The notes under the pieces: generated by a model | Told to the model about the DNA's origin: nothing | Database searches by the model: none | What the model saw: the letters and a program-made list of their open reading frames with translations, nothing else | Part shown: piece by piece, positions 10,093 to 23,058 of the stretch | Numbering within the stretch: position 1 is the stretch's first letter | How the letters are laid out: the number at the start of each line of letters is the position of its first letter | Source of the DNA: Auanema rhodensis | Lineage: Eukaryota; Animalia; Nematoda | NCBI GenBank assembly: GCA_964057225.1 | Contig: OZ059894.1 | Coordinates: forward strand, 11,160,001-11,224,000 | Direction: 5' to 3' | DNA length: 64,000 bases | Position numbers and translations under genes: made by a program

Positions 10093-11595
10093 AATGTCAT
10101 ATTCTTCATTATCAGTTATATCACTCTAAATCTTGTTGTTAATAGATACGACCACAAAGAAAACAACAGGAACAGTAACAATAACAAAAAAAATTTTTTT
10201 TTCACCTATGTGTCTAAAGGTTAGCCATGTATCCGTTTATATATATATATATATATATATATATCAACAGTAAAAAGTCCAATCAAGAGAGAAATTTTTT
10301 CAACACATAGTTGTTTTTTTTTTAAATATCATTGTTTTTCCTCATAACTCGGTTTAAACTCGTTCTAACCCGTTGAAATACGTCTAGAAAGTCTTTATAA
10401 CATGCATATGTATGATAGAACTTCATATTTATTGTAATAGAAAATTTTATTTTCAGACGTCTTGGTTAACAATGATATGTTTTACCCCCTTATAATTTTT
10501 ATCATAATGTTCCTTATACGGAACGCTCAATGAAACTTGCTTCCAGAAAAATTTCTTTCTATTTTTTCTTCATATGTACGTAGATACTATAGAGAACTAT
10601 GATAGAAAACTTTAACATTCACGAAATCATCATTTCTCATTACGCTACGGAGGTTTAAAAAGCTGTGTTTTACCTTATAATAGACCGGAAAACCCTTGTG
10701 TTAAAACTGGACCGTTTTTACACATATAAAAATGTCCCGTATTCGGGACCCTAATGTAACTTTTGATTCCCTATATTTTTTTTCATGAAATTTACAATCT
10801 ACTGTAGAAAGAAGAATTATTTTTATAAAAACTGTAAATTTTTGAAAAATGAAAACAAAACGAAAACAAAAACAACTTTTTTTTGAACATTTTCTCACAC
10901 AAGGGTCCCCCCTTACCTACTTTTTTTCTCATTACTCGTTTCAACCTCATCCGATCACTCTGCAAACATGTTTAATCGTTCTAACTTGTTGAAATACGTC
11001 TTAAAAGTCTAAACAACATGCATATGCATAATAGAAACCACCCGAATAGGCCCCCACGCACTAAACGAGATATATACATTACCAGTATAGTAATAGAACA
11101 CATATTGAAGATTAATTCGATAAGAACAATTTATTGACGTAGAGAATGTTTGTTCCGAAAAACTACAATATTAAACTATAAAAGTAACAAAAGCGTAGAG
11201 GCAGCAAAGACATGAATAAACATAAATGTAAATACAGAATTACCAGGTAGTACATAAGTATGACAAAAAATTATAAGAAAGCCATGAAAATAGAAGGTTT
11301 GTGAACAAATGAAAGGTACATCTTTGATCGTATAGTCATTTCTAAACCGTTCGTATGCTGCAGCATCGTCATAAGCGTCACTCAAGTTGAATTTCCATGT
11401 GTACTACACGATTTTCATTCTTATTGTTACATTCTTTCCCTGAGGGAATGGGCCGTTCCCGCCAGCAGTGCAAGAGCGGGTCGACCCGTGAGGTGGAGCT
11501 AGCAAGCCAGCATCTACCTCAAGTCTCAAAAATCGGTTAACCTTATTGTGAACCAATGGAACACATATCGAAGGTTAATTCGATAAGAACGATTA

Positions 11596-13410
11596 ATGGT
11601 TTATTGAATAACTAATGTTATGATACAATAAATAACCAATAAAAAAGAGCCCAGAATTGGGGAGACGGTATTACCAGTACAACTTAAAACAGCAAGTAAA
11701 TTAAAAAGTACAGAATAAGACACATTGCCAACAGAGGCTAAAACGACTCAAGAGTCGGGGGAGTGGGTTAAAAAAATGAACAAAAAAATGAATATTAAAG
11801 CAGAACAATGAGAAATCAAGTACCGCTATGATCAAACAATTTGAGTGCCTACGGCAATGATGTTAAAAATAAACAACATAATACATGTACCAGTGAAGGT
11901 CAGAAAGAAAGAAACAAGAAACAAAAATAAGTAATACAAAAAGTAAATACATTACAATCAAATCACAAACAAGTCAATTGATAATTTCTTCTTCATATTG
12001 CCTTACACCAGAAACATGTTCCACGTAGATATTCCTGGCCCACTTGATGGTATCGGCGACGACGAGCTTCTCCATTAGCCGGTTGTAGTGGCTGCTGATC
12101 TTGAGTGATCGGAGGGCTTGTCCGTTGAGCGGGTCCATAGTTCCAAGCATTCCTACGACATACGCTTCTACACTAGTCTTATAACCAAGACATTGGTATT
12201 GGCTGGCTATGTCAGCATATTTCCTCTCCTTTATCATACGCGCGGCTATCATGGCTTGACGGCGGTTTTCATAGCTCACTGTAACATCAACGATACTACA
12301 GTGTTTTGCGTCATGATCGACCACTACTATGTCAGGTCGGAGTGTACTATTAATGCCAGGAAGAGGCTGGTTAGTGTAAACTTCTCCGTTTTTAGGCTCT
12401 GGCAGGGCTTTGATAAGACGGTCCACGATGTTGTTGTGGCGGAGTTGGATTGCTCTCGTGTGAGAGTGGCAGTGTCCAAGAACATGTGCAGCAGTTTCGT
12501 TGGAGTAACTACACCTGCGGCACTGTTTGTTTCCTTCTCCGTGTCTTCTACAGCCATTGAGCTGGAGAGTATTGAGTCGAGCCTTGTGGATGAATCGCCA
12601 ATCAGCAAACCGTATGAAATCTCCCTTCGCCATAAAGTGATTGGACGCTTTGTTGAGCATTGTGACATCAGAGACTTTCCCTTGATCCGGTTTTTGAAGA
12701 AGGATCCGAAGGTCTTTCAGCCATAATGCACGTCGCAGGCTTCTGTGGCATAGTGAAGGTGTTAACAGTTGGTTGTTTAGATTGAGTTCTAAACCACTTT
12801 CGAGGCATGTCCAGTTAGCGTTGATGAGTTTCTTGAGTTGACGCATCGCTACTCTTACTCTAGTCCAGATGGAGGAAACATCAGATGTTTCGGTGTCGAA
12901 AATGCCATCAACGGAACCGTTGTAATATGCAGCTGTCTCATCGTTACTGGCTTGACGTTTAATCCTTTTTGATGCTACTTTTTTTGAGTCTTGATGCGCA
13001 ATATCAGCTACTACAAGATCAGATGACTTCAAAAGTTGGTAGGCATGAGTGACTTCACAGACGTCTGACAGGTGTTGGAGTCGAGAGAGACCAAGTCCGC
13101 CGTAGTTAGTTGGCAGGTAGATTGGTTCAGCACTGGCGTTTGGAGGATAGTGCATCCATCTACGGGCACAGCGTTTGAGTTCTTTGTCAAAGGCGACTAG
13201 TTTACTCTTTGGGACGTGGCCATTCGTCATATGAAAATTAAGGCAGGGCATCAGGAAGGTGCGTACTGCGTCAGCTTTCTGCCATTCAGCAAGTAAGGAT
13301 TTGTCAATTTTTTCCAAGTGTTGACTCATAATATTCACTGTTGGAACCGCAAACTTATGTAAATGCATTCCAGTAGAGATTCCCAGGTGGGAGTAGCTGT
13401 CAAATTTGCT
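11596..13410 (-). mobile_element. Utopia-like non-LTR retrotransposon, 5'-truncated
   Basis: 3' half of the 1092-aa ORF plus the 3' UTR, inserted at U2 nt 38. Confidence 0.93.
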
Positions 13411-13431
13411 TTGTGAACCAATGGAACACAT
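11974..13431 (-). CDS. Truncated retrotransposon ORF (post-RT region, CCHC, restriction-like endonuclease) fused to an ATG inside U2
   Basis: MCSIGSQ is U2-derived, then SKFDSY...CRRC...RPD...KY. No YADD. Confidence 0.6.
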   Translation of the reverse strand: MCSIGSQSKFDSYSHLGISTGMHLHKFAVPTVNIMSQHLEKIDKSLLAEWQKADAVRTFLMPCLNFHMTNGHVPKSKLVAFDKELKRCARRWMHYPPNASAEPIYLPTNYGGLGLSRLQHLSDVCEVTHAYQLLKSSDLVVADIAHQDSKKVASKRIKRQASNDETAAYYNGSVDGIFDTETSDVSSIWTRVRVAMRQLKKLINANWTCLESGLELNLNNQLLTPSLCHRSLRRALWLKDLRILLQKPDQGKVSDVTMLNKASNHFMAKGDFIRFADWRFIHKARLNTLQLNGCRRHGEGNKQCRRCSYSNETAAHVLGHCHSHTRAIQLRHNNIVDRLIKALPEPKNGEVYTNQPLPGINSTLRPDIVVVDHDAKHCSIVDVTVSYENRRQAMIAARMIKERKYADIASQYQCLGYKTSVEAYVVGMLGTMDPLNGQALRSLKISSHYNRLMEKLVVADTIKWARNIYVEHVSGVRQYEEEIIN

Positions 13432-13939
13432 ATCGAAGGTTAATTCGATAAGAACGATTACTACACTTTGATCTTAGCCAATAGGCCGAGAAGCGATACA
13501 GCATAGCCATGAGTATCAAAGACATCAAGCAAATGTATCGTACTTGTTACGAGTGCACTCTCTCATTTGAATATAAAAGTGTGGTTTGACAATCTTGACT
13601 GTACAGGTCATAAATGGCTCATATAAACTGTGGATTTACTCAACTTTTGGACTTATTTTTTTCTTATTCGAAGCGCTGCACTTTTTTCTATTCTTTTTAT
13701 TCAAATACTTGTATATAGTTTTATATGTACGGTTGCAAAGTTTCCGAATATTTTATATATTTTTATACAATAATTAGGAGAAGGTTAATACAATGAAATC
13801 TCCCAACTTTACAGTGTTTGTATTGCTTACAGTATCTAGAACAACCACTCTTGTAATATTAGAGCACATATCAATCAACAACTTTTTCTAGTTATCAAAG
13901 CTTTTTTATTTCTTCAAGATATTTCAAATAAAATATAAA

Positions 13940-14058
13940 AGCTTACGACACCCGGGATTCCCAAGCCGTCTCCGATCCAAGTACTAACCGGGCCCAACGT
14001 TGCTTGACTTGCCAGATCGGACGGGATGGCGTACTTTCAACGTGGTATGGTCGTAAGC
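13940..14058 (-). rRNA. 5S rRNA
   Basis: Same sequence as the first copy. Confidence 0.97.
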
Positions 14059-14299
14059 AATGTTATATTCTTCATTATCAGTTATATCACTCTAAATCTT
14101 GTTGTTAATAGTTAGGACCACAAAGAAAACAACAGGAACAGTAACAAATGAAATGCCCAAACTTTACAGTGTTCGAGTTATTTACAGTATCTAAGACTAC
14201 CTCTGTCGTGTTATTAGAGCAAACATTCGATTAACAACAACTTTTTTTTAGTTATCAAAGCTTTTTTATTTCTTCAAAAAATTTCAAATAAAATATAAA

Positions 14300-14418
14300 A
14301 GCTTACGACACCCGGGATTCCCAAGCCGTCTCCGATCCAAGTACTAACCGGGCCCAACGTTGCTTGACTTGCCAGATCGGACGGGATGGCGTACTTTCAA
14401 CGTGGTATGGTCGTAAGC
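14300..14418 (-). rRNA. 5S rRNA
   Basis: Same sequence as the first copy. Confidence 0.97.
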
Positions 14419-14560
14419 AATGTCATATTCTTCATTATCAGTTATATCACTCTAAATCTTGTTGTTAATAGATACGACCACAAAGAAAACAACAGGAACA
14501 GTAACAATAACAAAAAAAATTTTTTTTTCACCTATGTGTCTAAAGGTTAGCCATGTATCC

Positions 14561-14594
<34 letters not shown>

Positions 14595-15923
14595 ACAGTA
14601 AAAAGTCCAATCAAGAGAGAAATTTTTTCAACACATAGTTGTTTTTTTTTTAAATATCATTGTTTTTCCTCATAACTCGGTTTAAACTCGTTCTAACCCG
14701 TTGAAATACGTCTAGAAAGTCTTTATAACATGCATATGTATGATAGAACTTCATATTTATTGTAATAGAAAATTTTATTTTCAGACGTCTTGGTTAACAA
14801 TGATATGTTTTACCCCCTTATAATTTTTATCATAATGTTCCTTATACGGAACGCTCAATGAAACTTGCTTCCAGAAAAATTTCTTTCTATTTTTTCTTCA
14901 TATGTACGTAGATACTATAGAGAACTATGATAGAAAACTTTAACATTCACGAAATCATCATTTCTCATTACGCTACGGAGGTTTAAAAAGCTGTGTTTTA
15001 CCTTATAATAGACCGGAAAACCCTTGTGTTAAAACTGGACCGTTTTTACACATATAAAAATGTCCCGTATTCGGGACCCTAATGTAACTTTTGATTCCCT
15101 ATATTTTTTTTCATGAAATTTACAATCTACTGTAGAAAGAAGAATTATTTTTATAAAAACTGTAAATTTTTAAAAAATGAAAACAAAACGAAAACAAAAA
15201 CAACTTTTTTTTGAACATTTTCTCACACAAGGGTCCCCCCTTACCTACTTTTTTTCTCATTACTCGTTTCAACCTCATCCGATCACTCTGCAAACATGTT
15301 TAATCGTTCTAACTTGTTGAAATACGTCTTAAAAGTCTAAACAACATGCATATGCATAATAGAAACCACCTGAATAGGCCCCCACGCACTAAACGAGATA
15401 TATACATTACCAGTATAGTAATAGAACACATATTGAAGATTAATTCGATAAGAACAATTTATTGACGTAGAGAATGTTTGTTCCGAAAAACTACAATATT
15501 AAACTATAAAAGTAACAAAAGCGTAGAGGCAGCAAAGACATGAATAAACATAAATGTAAATACAGAATTACCAGGTAGTACATAAGTATGACAAAAAATT
15601 ATAAGAAAGCCATGAAAATAGAAGGTTTGTGAACAAATGAGAGGTACATCTTTGATCGTATAGTCATTTCTAAACCGTTCGTATGCTGCAGCATCGTCAT
15701 AAGCGTCACTCAAGTTGAATTTCCATGTGTACTACACGATTTTCATTCTTATTGTTACATTCTTTCCCTGAGGGAATGGGCCGTTCCCGCCAGCAGTGCA
15801 AGAGCGGGTCGACCCGTGAGGTGGAGCTAGCAAGCCAGCATCTACCTCAAGTCTCAAAAATCGGTTAACCTTATTGTGAACCAATGGAACACATATCGAA
15901 GGTTAATTCGATAAGAACGATTA

Positions 15924-18900
15924 ATGGTTTATTGAATAACTAATGTTATGAAACAATAAATAACCAATAAAAAAGAGCCCAGAATCGGGGAGACGGTATT
16001 ACCAGTACAACTTAAAACAGCAAGTGATTAAAAAGTACAAAATAAAACACATTACCAACAGAGGCTAAAACGACTCAAGAGTCGGGGGAGTGGGTTAAAA
16101 AAAGTAATGAATAACAAAAAAAATGAATAATAAAGCAGAACAGTGAAAAGTAAATATCAAGTGCCGCTATGATCAAACAATTTGAGTGCCTACGGCAATG
16201 GTGTTAAAAATAAACAACAAAATACATGTACCAATGAAGGTCAGAAAGAGAGAAAGAAAAAAGACAAAAATAAGTAATACAAAAAGTAAAAAATATATTA
16301 CAATCAAATCACAAACAAGTCAATGGATAATTTCTTCTTCATACTGCCTTACACCAGAAACATGTTCCACGTAGATATTCCTGGCCCACTTGATGGTATC
16401 GGCGACGACGAGCTTCTCCATTAGCCGGTTGTAGTGGCTGCTGATCTTGAGTGATCGGAGGGCTTGTACGTTGAGCGGGTCCATAGTTCCAAGCATTCCT
16501 ACGACATACGCTTCTACACTAGTCTTATAACCAAGACATTGGTATTGGCTGGCTATGTCAGCATATTTCCTCTCCTTTATCATACGCGCGGCTATCATGG
16601 CTTGTCGGCGGTTTTCATAGCTCACTGTAACATCAACGATACTACAGTGTTTTGCGTCATGATCGACCACTACTATGTCAGGTCGGAGTGTACTATTAAT
16701 GCCAGGAAGAGGCTGGTTAGTGTAAACTTCTCCGTTTTTAGGCTCTGGCAGGGCTTTGATAAGACGGTCCACGATGTTGTTGTGGCGGAGTTGGATTGCT
16801 CTCGTGTGAAAGTGGCAGTGTCCAAGAACATGTGCAGCAGTTTCGTTGGGGTAACTACACCTGCGGCACTGTTTGTTTCCTTCTCCGTGTCTTCTACAGC
16901 CATTGAGCTGGAGAGTATTAAGTCGAGCCTTGTGGATGAATCGCCAATCAGCAAACCGTATGAAATCTCCCTTCGCCATAAAGTGATTGGACGCTTTGTT
17001 GAGCATTGTGACATCAAAGACTTTCCCTTGATCCGGTTTTTGAAGAAGGATCCGAAGGTCTTTCAGCCATAATGCACGTCGCAGGCTTCTGTGGCATAGT
17101 GAAGGTGTTAACAGTTGGTTGTTTAGATTGAGTTCTAAACCACTTTCGAGGCATGTCCAGTTAGCGTTGATGAGTTTCTTGAGTTGACGCATCGCTACTC
17201 TTACTCTAGTCCAGATGGAGGAAACATCAGATGTTTCGGTGTCGAAAATGCCATCAACGGAACCGTTGTAATATGCAGCTGTCTCATCGTTACTGGCTTG
17301 ACGTTTAATCCTTTTTGATGCTACTTTTATTGAGTCTTGATGCGCAATATCAGCTACTACAAGATCAGATGACTTCAAAAGTTGGTAGGCATGAGTGACT
17401 TCACAGACGTCTGACAGGTGTTGGAGTCGAGAGAGACCAAGTCCGCCGTAGTTGGTTGGCAGGTAGATTGGTTCAGCACTGGCGTTTGGAGGATAGTGCA
17501 TCCATCTACGGGCACAGCGTTTGAGTTCTTTGTCAAAGGCGACTAGTTTACTCTTTGGGACGTGGCCATTCGTCATATGAAAATTAAGGCAGGGCATCAG
17601 GAAGGTGCGTACTGCGTCAGCTTTCTGCCATTCAGCCAGTAAGGATTTGTCAATTTTTTCCAAGTGTTGACTCATGATATTCACTGTTGGAACCGCAGAC
17701 TTATGTAAATGCATTCCAGTAGGGATTCCCAGGTGGGAGTAGCTGTCAAATTTGCTGAGAGCGGGTAGAAAGCAGCTCTGAAGCATGTATGAGGCTGTTG
17801 ATATTTTCCCTTTGTCGATCGTCAAAGTGGCGCATTTCGCTGGTTTGAAGGTCAAGCCTGTGAAATTAGCCGCATTTGATGCTGCGTCCAACATTTTCTG
17901 TAGATCTTCTGATGATGAGGAGACCAGGGCAAGGTCATCGGCGTACGCTAGCACAGCGATGTTGTGATTGTGTAGCTTATAGCCTGTAGAGGTTTCCAAG
18001 ATGGTTTTAATTAGAGGTTCAATGGCAAGGTTGAACAGGATCGGAGATAGTGGGGATCCTTGTAACACACCTGCGTGAACTGGAATGGTCGAAGTGAGTC
18101 CGGAGCCTGTCTGGATTCTTGTAGAGGCATCTGTGTATAGAGCTCGTACTCGGGATATTGAGGCTTCAGCCATTCCTGACCATCTTAGAACGTCTAGCAG
18201 AGTTTCGTGTGGCAGCGATCCAAAAGCGTTTGCGAGATCAAGCCAAGCAATTGCAATTTTCTCACGTTTACGTTTAGCGTCTGCAATGGTACTTTGCAAC
18301 AAAAAGTTGTGTTCCATGCATCCAGCTTTGGCCACAAAGCCCTTTTGGGAGGGAGAAAGTCTTTTTTCTGCTCTTGCCCATGTTAGCAGTCGATGCGTAA
18401 GACAAGCTGAGTACGTCTTACCAATTGTGCACGAAAGTGCTATTGGTCGCCAGTTGTTAATGTCAGCTTTATCACCTTTCTTATGGATGAGGACGGTGGT
18501 CGACTCTTTCCAGGAAAAAGGGATGTGTCCTAGCTTGTGTACGGTGTTAAATATCGCTGCTAATATGTGACCTCCTTGGTCAAATTTCTTCCAGTGCGAG
18601 TATCGAAGTCCATCAGCTCCTGGAGCCGTATCGCTGCAACGTCGTATGCGTTCCCAGACTTCCAAAGGGGTGAAAACACCTTCTAATGGGTCGGTACTAG
18701 TTGGCAAATCCGGTCTGGTGACTGTGATGGGGAGGGCTGGGCCTTGACTGCTGTGAACAGAAAGGAAGTGTTTTTCAACATCTGCAGATGGTATGGTGCA
18801 GGTTTCACTTTGTTCTCCGAGCAGTTGTCGAAAGGCTTTCTTCTTGTTGGCCCTCCAAAGCTTCTGGATCTTCATCGCCTGGGTTTTTTGGTCTTCCTCA

Positions 18901-19650
18901 GGTTGTGTGTGTGGTCGGCGCCTTTGTCGGAAGTTGGGAACTTTGATCATAATGTCAAGAGACTTTCTGATTGTGTCTACCAACTCTTCCAGGACCTGCT
19001 CGAGCTCACTTTTGCATACTACCTTTTTAATTCTATCCACCCAAATATTTTCAGAGTTTCTATTCGGATCAGGGTCGGCAAAAGATGGTTCTGTACTCGG
19101 AACCCTGATCTCGTTGAATATTTCACTCTCTCGCGGAAGGGGGGAAACTTCGGCCTTTGGGGACAAGTCCAGAATTGGGGCCTCAAACAAGCGTACCGTT
19201 GATGGAGATCCTTGTTCCTGTCCACTGGATGATGTTTCCTCCATTGTACGCTCCTCCACGGGCGGGGTGGTCGTCCTTGTGCCTGGTGGGCGGGTGTTCC
19301 TGATCCTCCGCAATATAGGGCGGGAACTGGGCTCTCTCGGAGATAGAGGTGAGATCACCACAGTTTCCTCTATGATGCGGAGGCATCCTTCAGCTTTTTT
19401 CTGATGGCTTTTAACGGCCTTCAGATTGCTGGTGAGGCCACAGGCACGGCACTCAAATTCTACTCCGACCTCATGTTCTCTCCGAAGATGGCGGACGAGA
19501 CCATTGTGGTCTGAGTAGGATCGCGGAATAGGAGCGCAGATTGAACAAGAAAAAGGGCTCTGAAGAGGCACCTTTAGCTTGTAAAGCCCTTGCTCCATCT
19601 CTAGCAGATCTAAAGACTTACGTAGTACAGTTGCAATATCGATTTAGCCA
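15924..19650 (-). mobile_element. Utopia-like (U2-targeting, RLE/NeSL-type) non-LTR retrotransposon, full length
   Basis: 52-nt unique 5' UTR, single ORF, about 396-nt 3' UTR ending AATAAACCAT, no poly(A), joined to U2 nt 38. Confidence 0.95.
16320..19598 (-). CDS. Zinc finger-RT-CCHC-restriction-like endonuclease polyprotein (1092 aa)
   Basis: N-terminal CSIC..H..H and CRAC..H..C fingers; APGADG, WRPIAL, QGSPLSP and YADD RT motifs; CRRC..H..C; RPD..D..ENR..K..KY endonuclease. Confidence 0.96.
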   Translation of the reverse strand: MEQGLYKLKVPLQSPFSCSICAPIPRSYSDHNGLVRHLRREHEVGVEFECRACGLTSNLKAVKSHQKKAEGCLRIIEETVVISPLSPREPSSRPILRRIRNTRPPGTRTTTPPVEERTMEETSSSGQEQGSPSTVRLFEAPILDLSPKAEVSPLPRESEIFNEIRVPSTEPSFADPDPNRNSENIWVDRIKKVVCKSELEQVLEELVDTIRKSLDIMIKVPNFRQRRRPHTQPEEDQKTQAMKIQKLWRANKKKAFRQLLGEQSETCTIPSADVEKHFLSVHSSQGPALPITVTRPDLPTSTDPLEGVFTPLEVWERIRRCSDTAPGADGLRYSHWKKFDQGGHILAAIFNTVHKLGHIPFSWKESTTVLIHKKGDKADINNWRPIALSCTIGKTYSACLTHRLLTWARAEKRLSPSQKGFVAKAGCMEHNFLLQSTIADAKRKREKIAIAWLDLANAFGSLPHETLLDVLRWSGMAEASISRVRALYTDASTRIQTGSGLTSTIPVHAGVLQGSPLSPILFNLAIEPLIKTILETSTGYKLHNHNIAVLAYADDLALVSSSSEDLQKMLDAASNAANFTGLTFKPAKCATLTIDKGKISTASYMLQSCFLPALSKFDSYSHLGIPTGMHLHKSAVPTVNIMSQHLEKIDKSLLAEWQKADAVRTFLMPCLNFHMTNGHVPKSKLVAFDKELKRCARRWMHYPPNASAEPIYLPTNYGGLGLSRLQHLSDVCEVTHAYQLLKSSDLVVADIAHQDSIKVASKRIKRQASNDETAAYYNGSVDGIFDTETSDVSSIWTRVRVAMRQLKKLINANWTCLESGLELNLNNQLLTPSLCHRSLRRALWLKDLRILLQKPDQGKVFDVTMLNKASNHFMAKGDFIRFADWRFIHKARLNTLQLNGCRRHGEGNKQCRRCSYPNETAAHVLGHCHFHTRAIQLRHNNIVDRLIKALPEPKNGEVYTNQPLPGINSTLRPDIVVVDHDAKHCSIVDVTVSYENRRQAMIAARMIKERKYADIASQYQCLGYKTSVEAYVVGMLGTMDPLNVQALRSLKISSHYNRLMEKLVVADTIKWARNIYVEHVSGVRQYEEEIIH

Positions 19651-19709
19651 TTAACCTTATTGTGAACCAATGGAACACATATCGAAGGTTAATTCGATAA
19701 GAACGATTA

Positions 19710-22700
19710 ATGGTTTATTGAATAACTAATGTTATGAAACAATAAATAACCAATAAAAAAGAGCCCAGAATCGGGGAGACGGTATTACCAGTACAACTTA
19801 AAACAGCAAGTGATTAAAAAGTACAAAATAAAACACATTACCAACAGAGGCTAAAACGACTCAAGAGTCGGGGGAGTGGGTTAAAAAAAGTAATGAATAA
19901 CAAAAAAAATGAATAATAAAGCAGAACAGTGAAAAGTAAATATCAAGTGCCGCTATGATCAAACAATTTGAGTGCCTACGGCAATGGTGTTAAAAATAAA
20001 CAACAAAATACATGTACCAATGAAGGTCAGAAAGAGAGAAAGAAAAAAGACAAAAATAAGTAATACAAAAAGTAAAAAATATATTACAATCAAATCACAA
20101 ACAAGTCAATGGATAATTTCTTCTTCATACTGCCTTACACCAGAAACATGTTCCACGTAGATATTCCTGGCCCACTTGATGGTATCGGCGACGACGAGCT
20201 TCTCCATTAGCCGGTTGTAGTGGCTGCTGATCTTGAGTGATCGGAGGGCTTGTACGTTGAGCGGGTCCATAGTTCCAAGCATTCCTACGACATACGCTTC
20301 TACACTAGTCTTATAACCAAGACATTGGTATTGGCTGGCTATGTCAGCATATTTCCTCTCCTTTATCATACGCGCGGCTATCATGGCTTGTCGGCGGTTT
20401 TCATAGCTCACTGTAACATCAACGATACTACAGTGTTTTGCGTCATGATCGACCACTACTATGTCAGGTCGGAGTGTACTATTAATGCCAGGAAGAGGCT
20501 GGTTAGTGTAAACTTCTCCGTTTTTAGGCTCTGGCAGGGCTTTGATAAGACGGTCCACGATGTTGTTGTGGCGGAGTTGGATTGCTCTCGTGTGAAAGTG
20601 GCAGTGTCCAAGAACATGTGCAGCAGTTTCGTTGGGGTAACTACACCTGCGGCACTGTTTGTTTCCTTCTCCGTGTCTTCTACAGCCATTGAGCTGGAGA
20701 GTATTAAGTCGAGCCTTGTGGATGAATCGCCAATCAGCAAACCGTATGAAATCTCCCTTCGCCATAAAGTGATTGGACGCTTTGTTGAGCATTGTGACAT
20801 CAAAGACTTTCCCTTGATCCGGTTTTTGAAGAAGGATCCGAAGGTCTTTCAGCCATAATGCACGTCGCAGGCTTCTGTGGCATAGTGAAGGTGTTAACAG
20901 TTGGTTGTTTAGATTGAGTTCTAAACCACTTTCGAGGCATGTCCAGTTAGCGTTGATGAGTTTCTTGAGTTGACGCATCGCTACTCTTACTCTAGTCCAG
21001 ATGGAGGAAACATCAGATGTTTCGGTGTCGAAAATGCCATCAACGGAACCGTTGTAATATGCAGCTGTCTCATCGTTACTGGCTTGACGTTTAATCCTTT
21101 TTGATGCTACTTTTATTGAGTCTTGATGCGCAATATCAGCTACTACAAGATCAGATGACTTCAAAAGTTGGTAGGCATGAGTGACTTCACAGACGTCTGA
21201 CAGGTGTTGGAGTCGAGAGAGACCAAGTCCGCCGTAGTTAGTTGGCAGGTAGATTGGTTCAGCACTGGCGTTTGGAGGATAGTGCATCCATCTACGGGCA
21301 CAGCGTTTGAGTTCTTTGTCAAAGGCGACTAGTTTACTCTTTGGGACGTGGCCATTCGTCATATGAAAATTAAGGCAGGGCATCAGGAAGGTGCGTACTG
21401 CGTCAGCTTTCTGCCATTCAGCCAGTAAGGATTTGTCAATTTTTTCCAAGTGTTGACTCATGATATTCACTGTTGGAACCGCAGACTTATGTAAATGCAT
21501 TCCAGTAGGGATTCCCAGGTGGGAGTAGCTGTCAAATTTGCTGAGAGCGGGTAGAAAGCAGCTCTGAAGCATGTATGAGGCTGTTGATATTTTCCCTTTG
21601 TCGATCGTCAAAGTGGCGCATTTCGCTGGTTTGAAGGTCAAGCCTGTGAAATTAGCCGCATTTGATGCTGCGTCCAACATTTTCTGTAGATCTTCTGATG
21701 ATGAGGAGACCAGGGCAAGGTCATCGGCGTACGCTAGCACAGCGATGTTGTGATTGTGTAGCTTATAGCCTGTAGAGGTTTCCAAGATGGTTTTAATTAG
21801 AGGTTCAATGGCAAGGTTGAACAGGATCGGAGATAGTGGGGATCCTTGTAACACACCTGCGTGAACTGGAATGGTCGAAGTGAGTCCGGAGCCTGTCTGG
21901 ATTCTTGTAGAGGCATCTGTGTATAGAGCTCGTACTCGGGATATTGAGGCTTCAGCCATTCCTGACCATCTTAGAACGTCTAGCAGAGTTTCGTGTGGCA
22001 GCGATCCAAAAGCGTTTGCGAGATCAAGCCAAGCAATTGCAATTTTCTCACGTTTACGTTTAGCGTCTGCAATGGTACTTTGCAACAAAAAGTTGTGTTC
22101 CATGCATCCAGCTTTGGCCACAAAGCCCTTTTGGGAGGGAGAAAGTCTTTTTTCTGCTCTTGCCCATGTTAGCAGTCGATGCGTAAGACAAGCTGAGTAC
22201 GTCTTACCAATTGTGCACGAAAGTGCTATTGGTCGCCAGTTGTTAATGTCAGCTTTATCACCTTTCTTATGGATGAGGACGGTGGTCGACTCTTTCCAGG
22301 AAAAAGGGATGTGTCCTAGCTTGTGTACGGTGTTAAATATCGCTGCTAATATGTGACCTCCTTGGTCAAATTTCTTCCAGTGCGAGTATCGAAGTCCATC
22401 AGCTCCTGGAGCCGTATCGCTGCAACGTCGTATGCGTTCCCAGACTTCCAAAGGGGTGAAAACACCTTCTAATGGGTCGGTACTAGTTGGCAAATCCGGT
22501 CTGGTGACTGTGATGGGGAGGGCTGGGCCTTGACTGCTGTGAACAGAAAGGAAGTGTTTTTCAACATCTGCAGATGGTATGGTGCAGGTTTCACTTTGTT
22601 CTCCGAGCAGTTGTCGAAAGGCTTTCTTCTTGTTGGCCCTCCAAAGCTTCTGGATCTTCATCGCCTGGGTTTTTTGGTCTTCCTCAGGTTGTGTGTGTGG

Positions 22701-23058
22701 TCGGCGCCTTTGTCGGAAGTTGGGAACTTTGATCATAATGTCAAGAGACTTTCTGATTGTGTCTACCAACTCTTCCAGGACCTGCTCGAGCTCACTTTTG
22801 CACACTACCTTTTTAATTCTATCCACCCAAATATTTTCAGAGTTTCTATTCGGATCAGGGTCGGCAAAAGATGGTTCTGTACTCGGAACCCTGATCTCGT
22901 TGAATATTTCACTCTCTCGCGGAAGGGGGGAAACTTCGGCCTCTGGGGACAAGTCCAGAATTGGGGCCTCAAACAAGCGTACCGTTGATGGAGATCCTTG
23001 TTCCTGTCCACTGGATGATGTTTCCTCCATTGTACGCTCCTCCACGGGCGGGGTGGTC
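19710..23058 (-). mobile_element. Utopia-like element, slightly 5'-truncated (zinc fingers lost)
   Basis: Joined to U2 nt 39 through 4 extra bases (23059-23062). Confidence 0.93.

Larger units (their letters stand above)
11449..13497 (-). pseudogene. U2: U2 interrupted by truncated Utopia-like copy (U2 1-87 at 13411-13497; U2 38-end at 11449-11595)
   Basis: Junctions read directly. Confidence 0.92.

Noticed and set aside
16464-19404. Plus-strand and alternative-frame ORFs within Utopia copies
   Set aside because: Shadows of the real RT ORF; no recognisable motifs.
19651-19709. Treating U2 38-96 as a simple 59-bp TSD
   Set aside because: The length is family-specific and nearly absent at the 23063 junction, and the +1 junctions favour RNA-borne sequence. 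Not fully excluded, given the 11596 copy.
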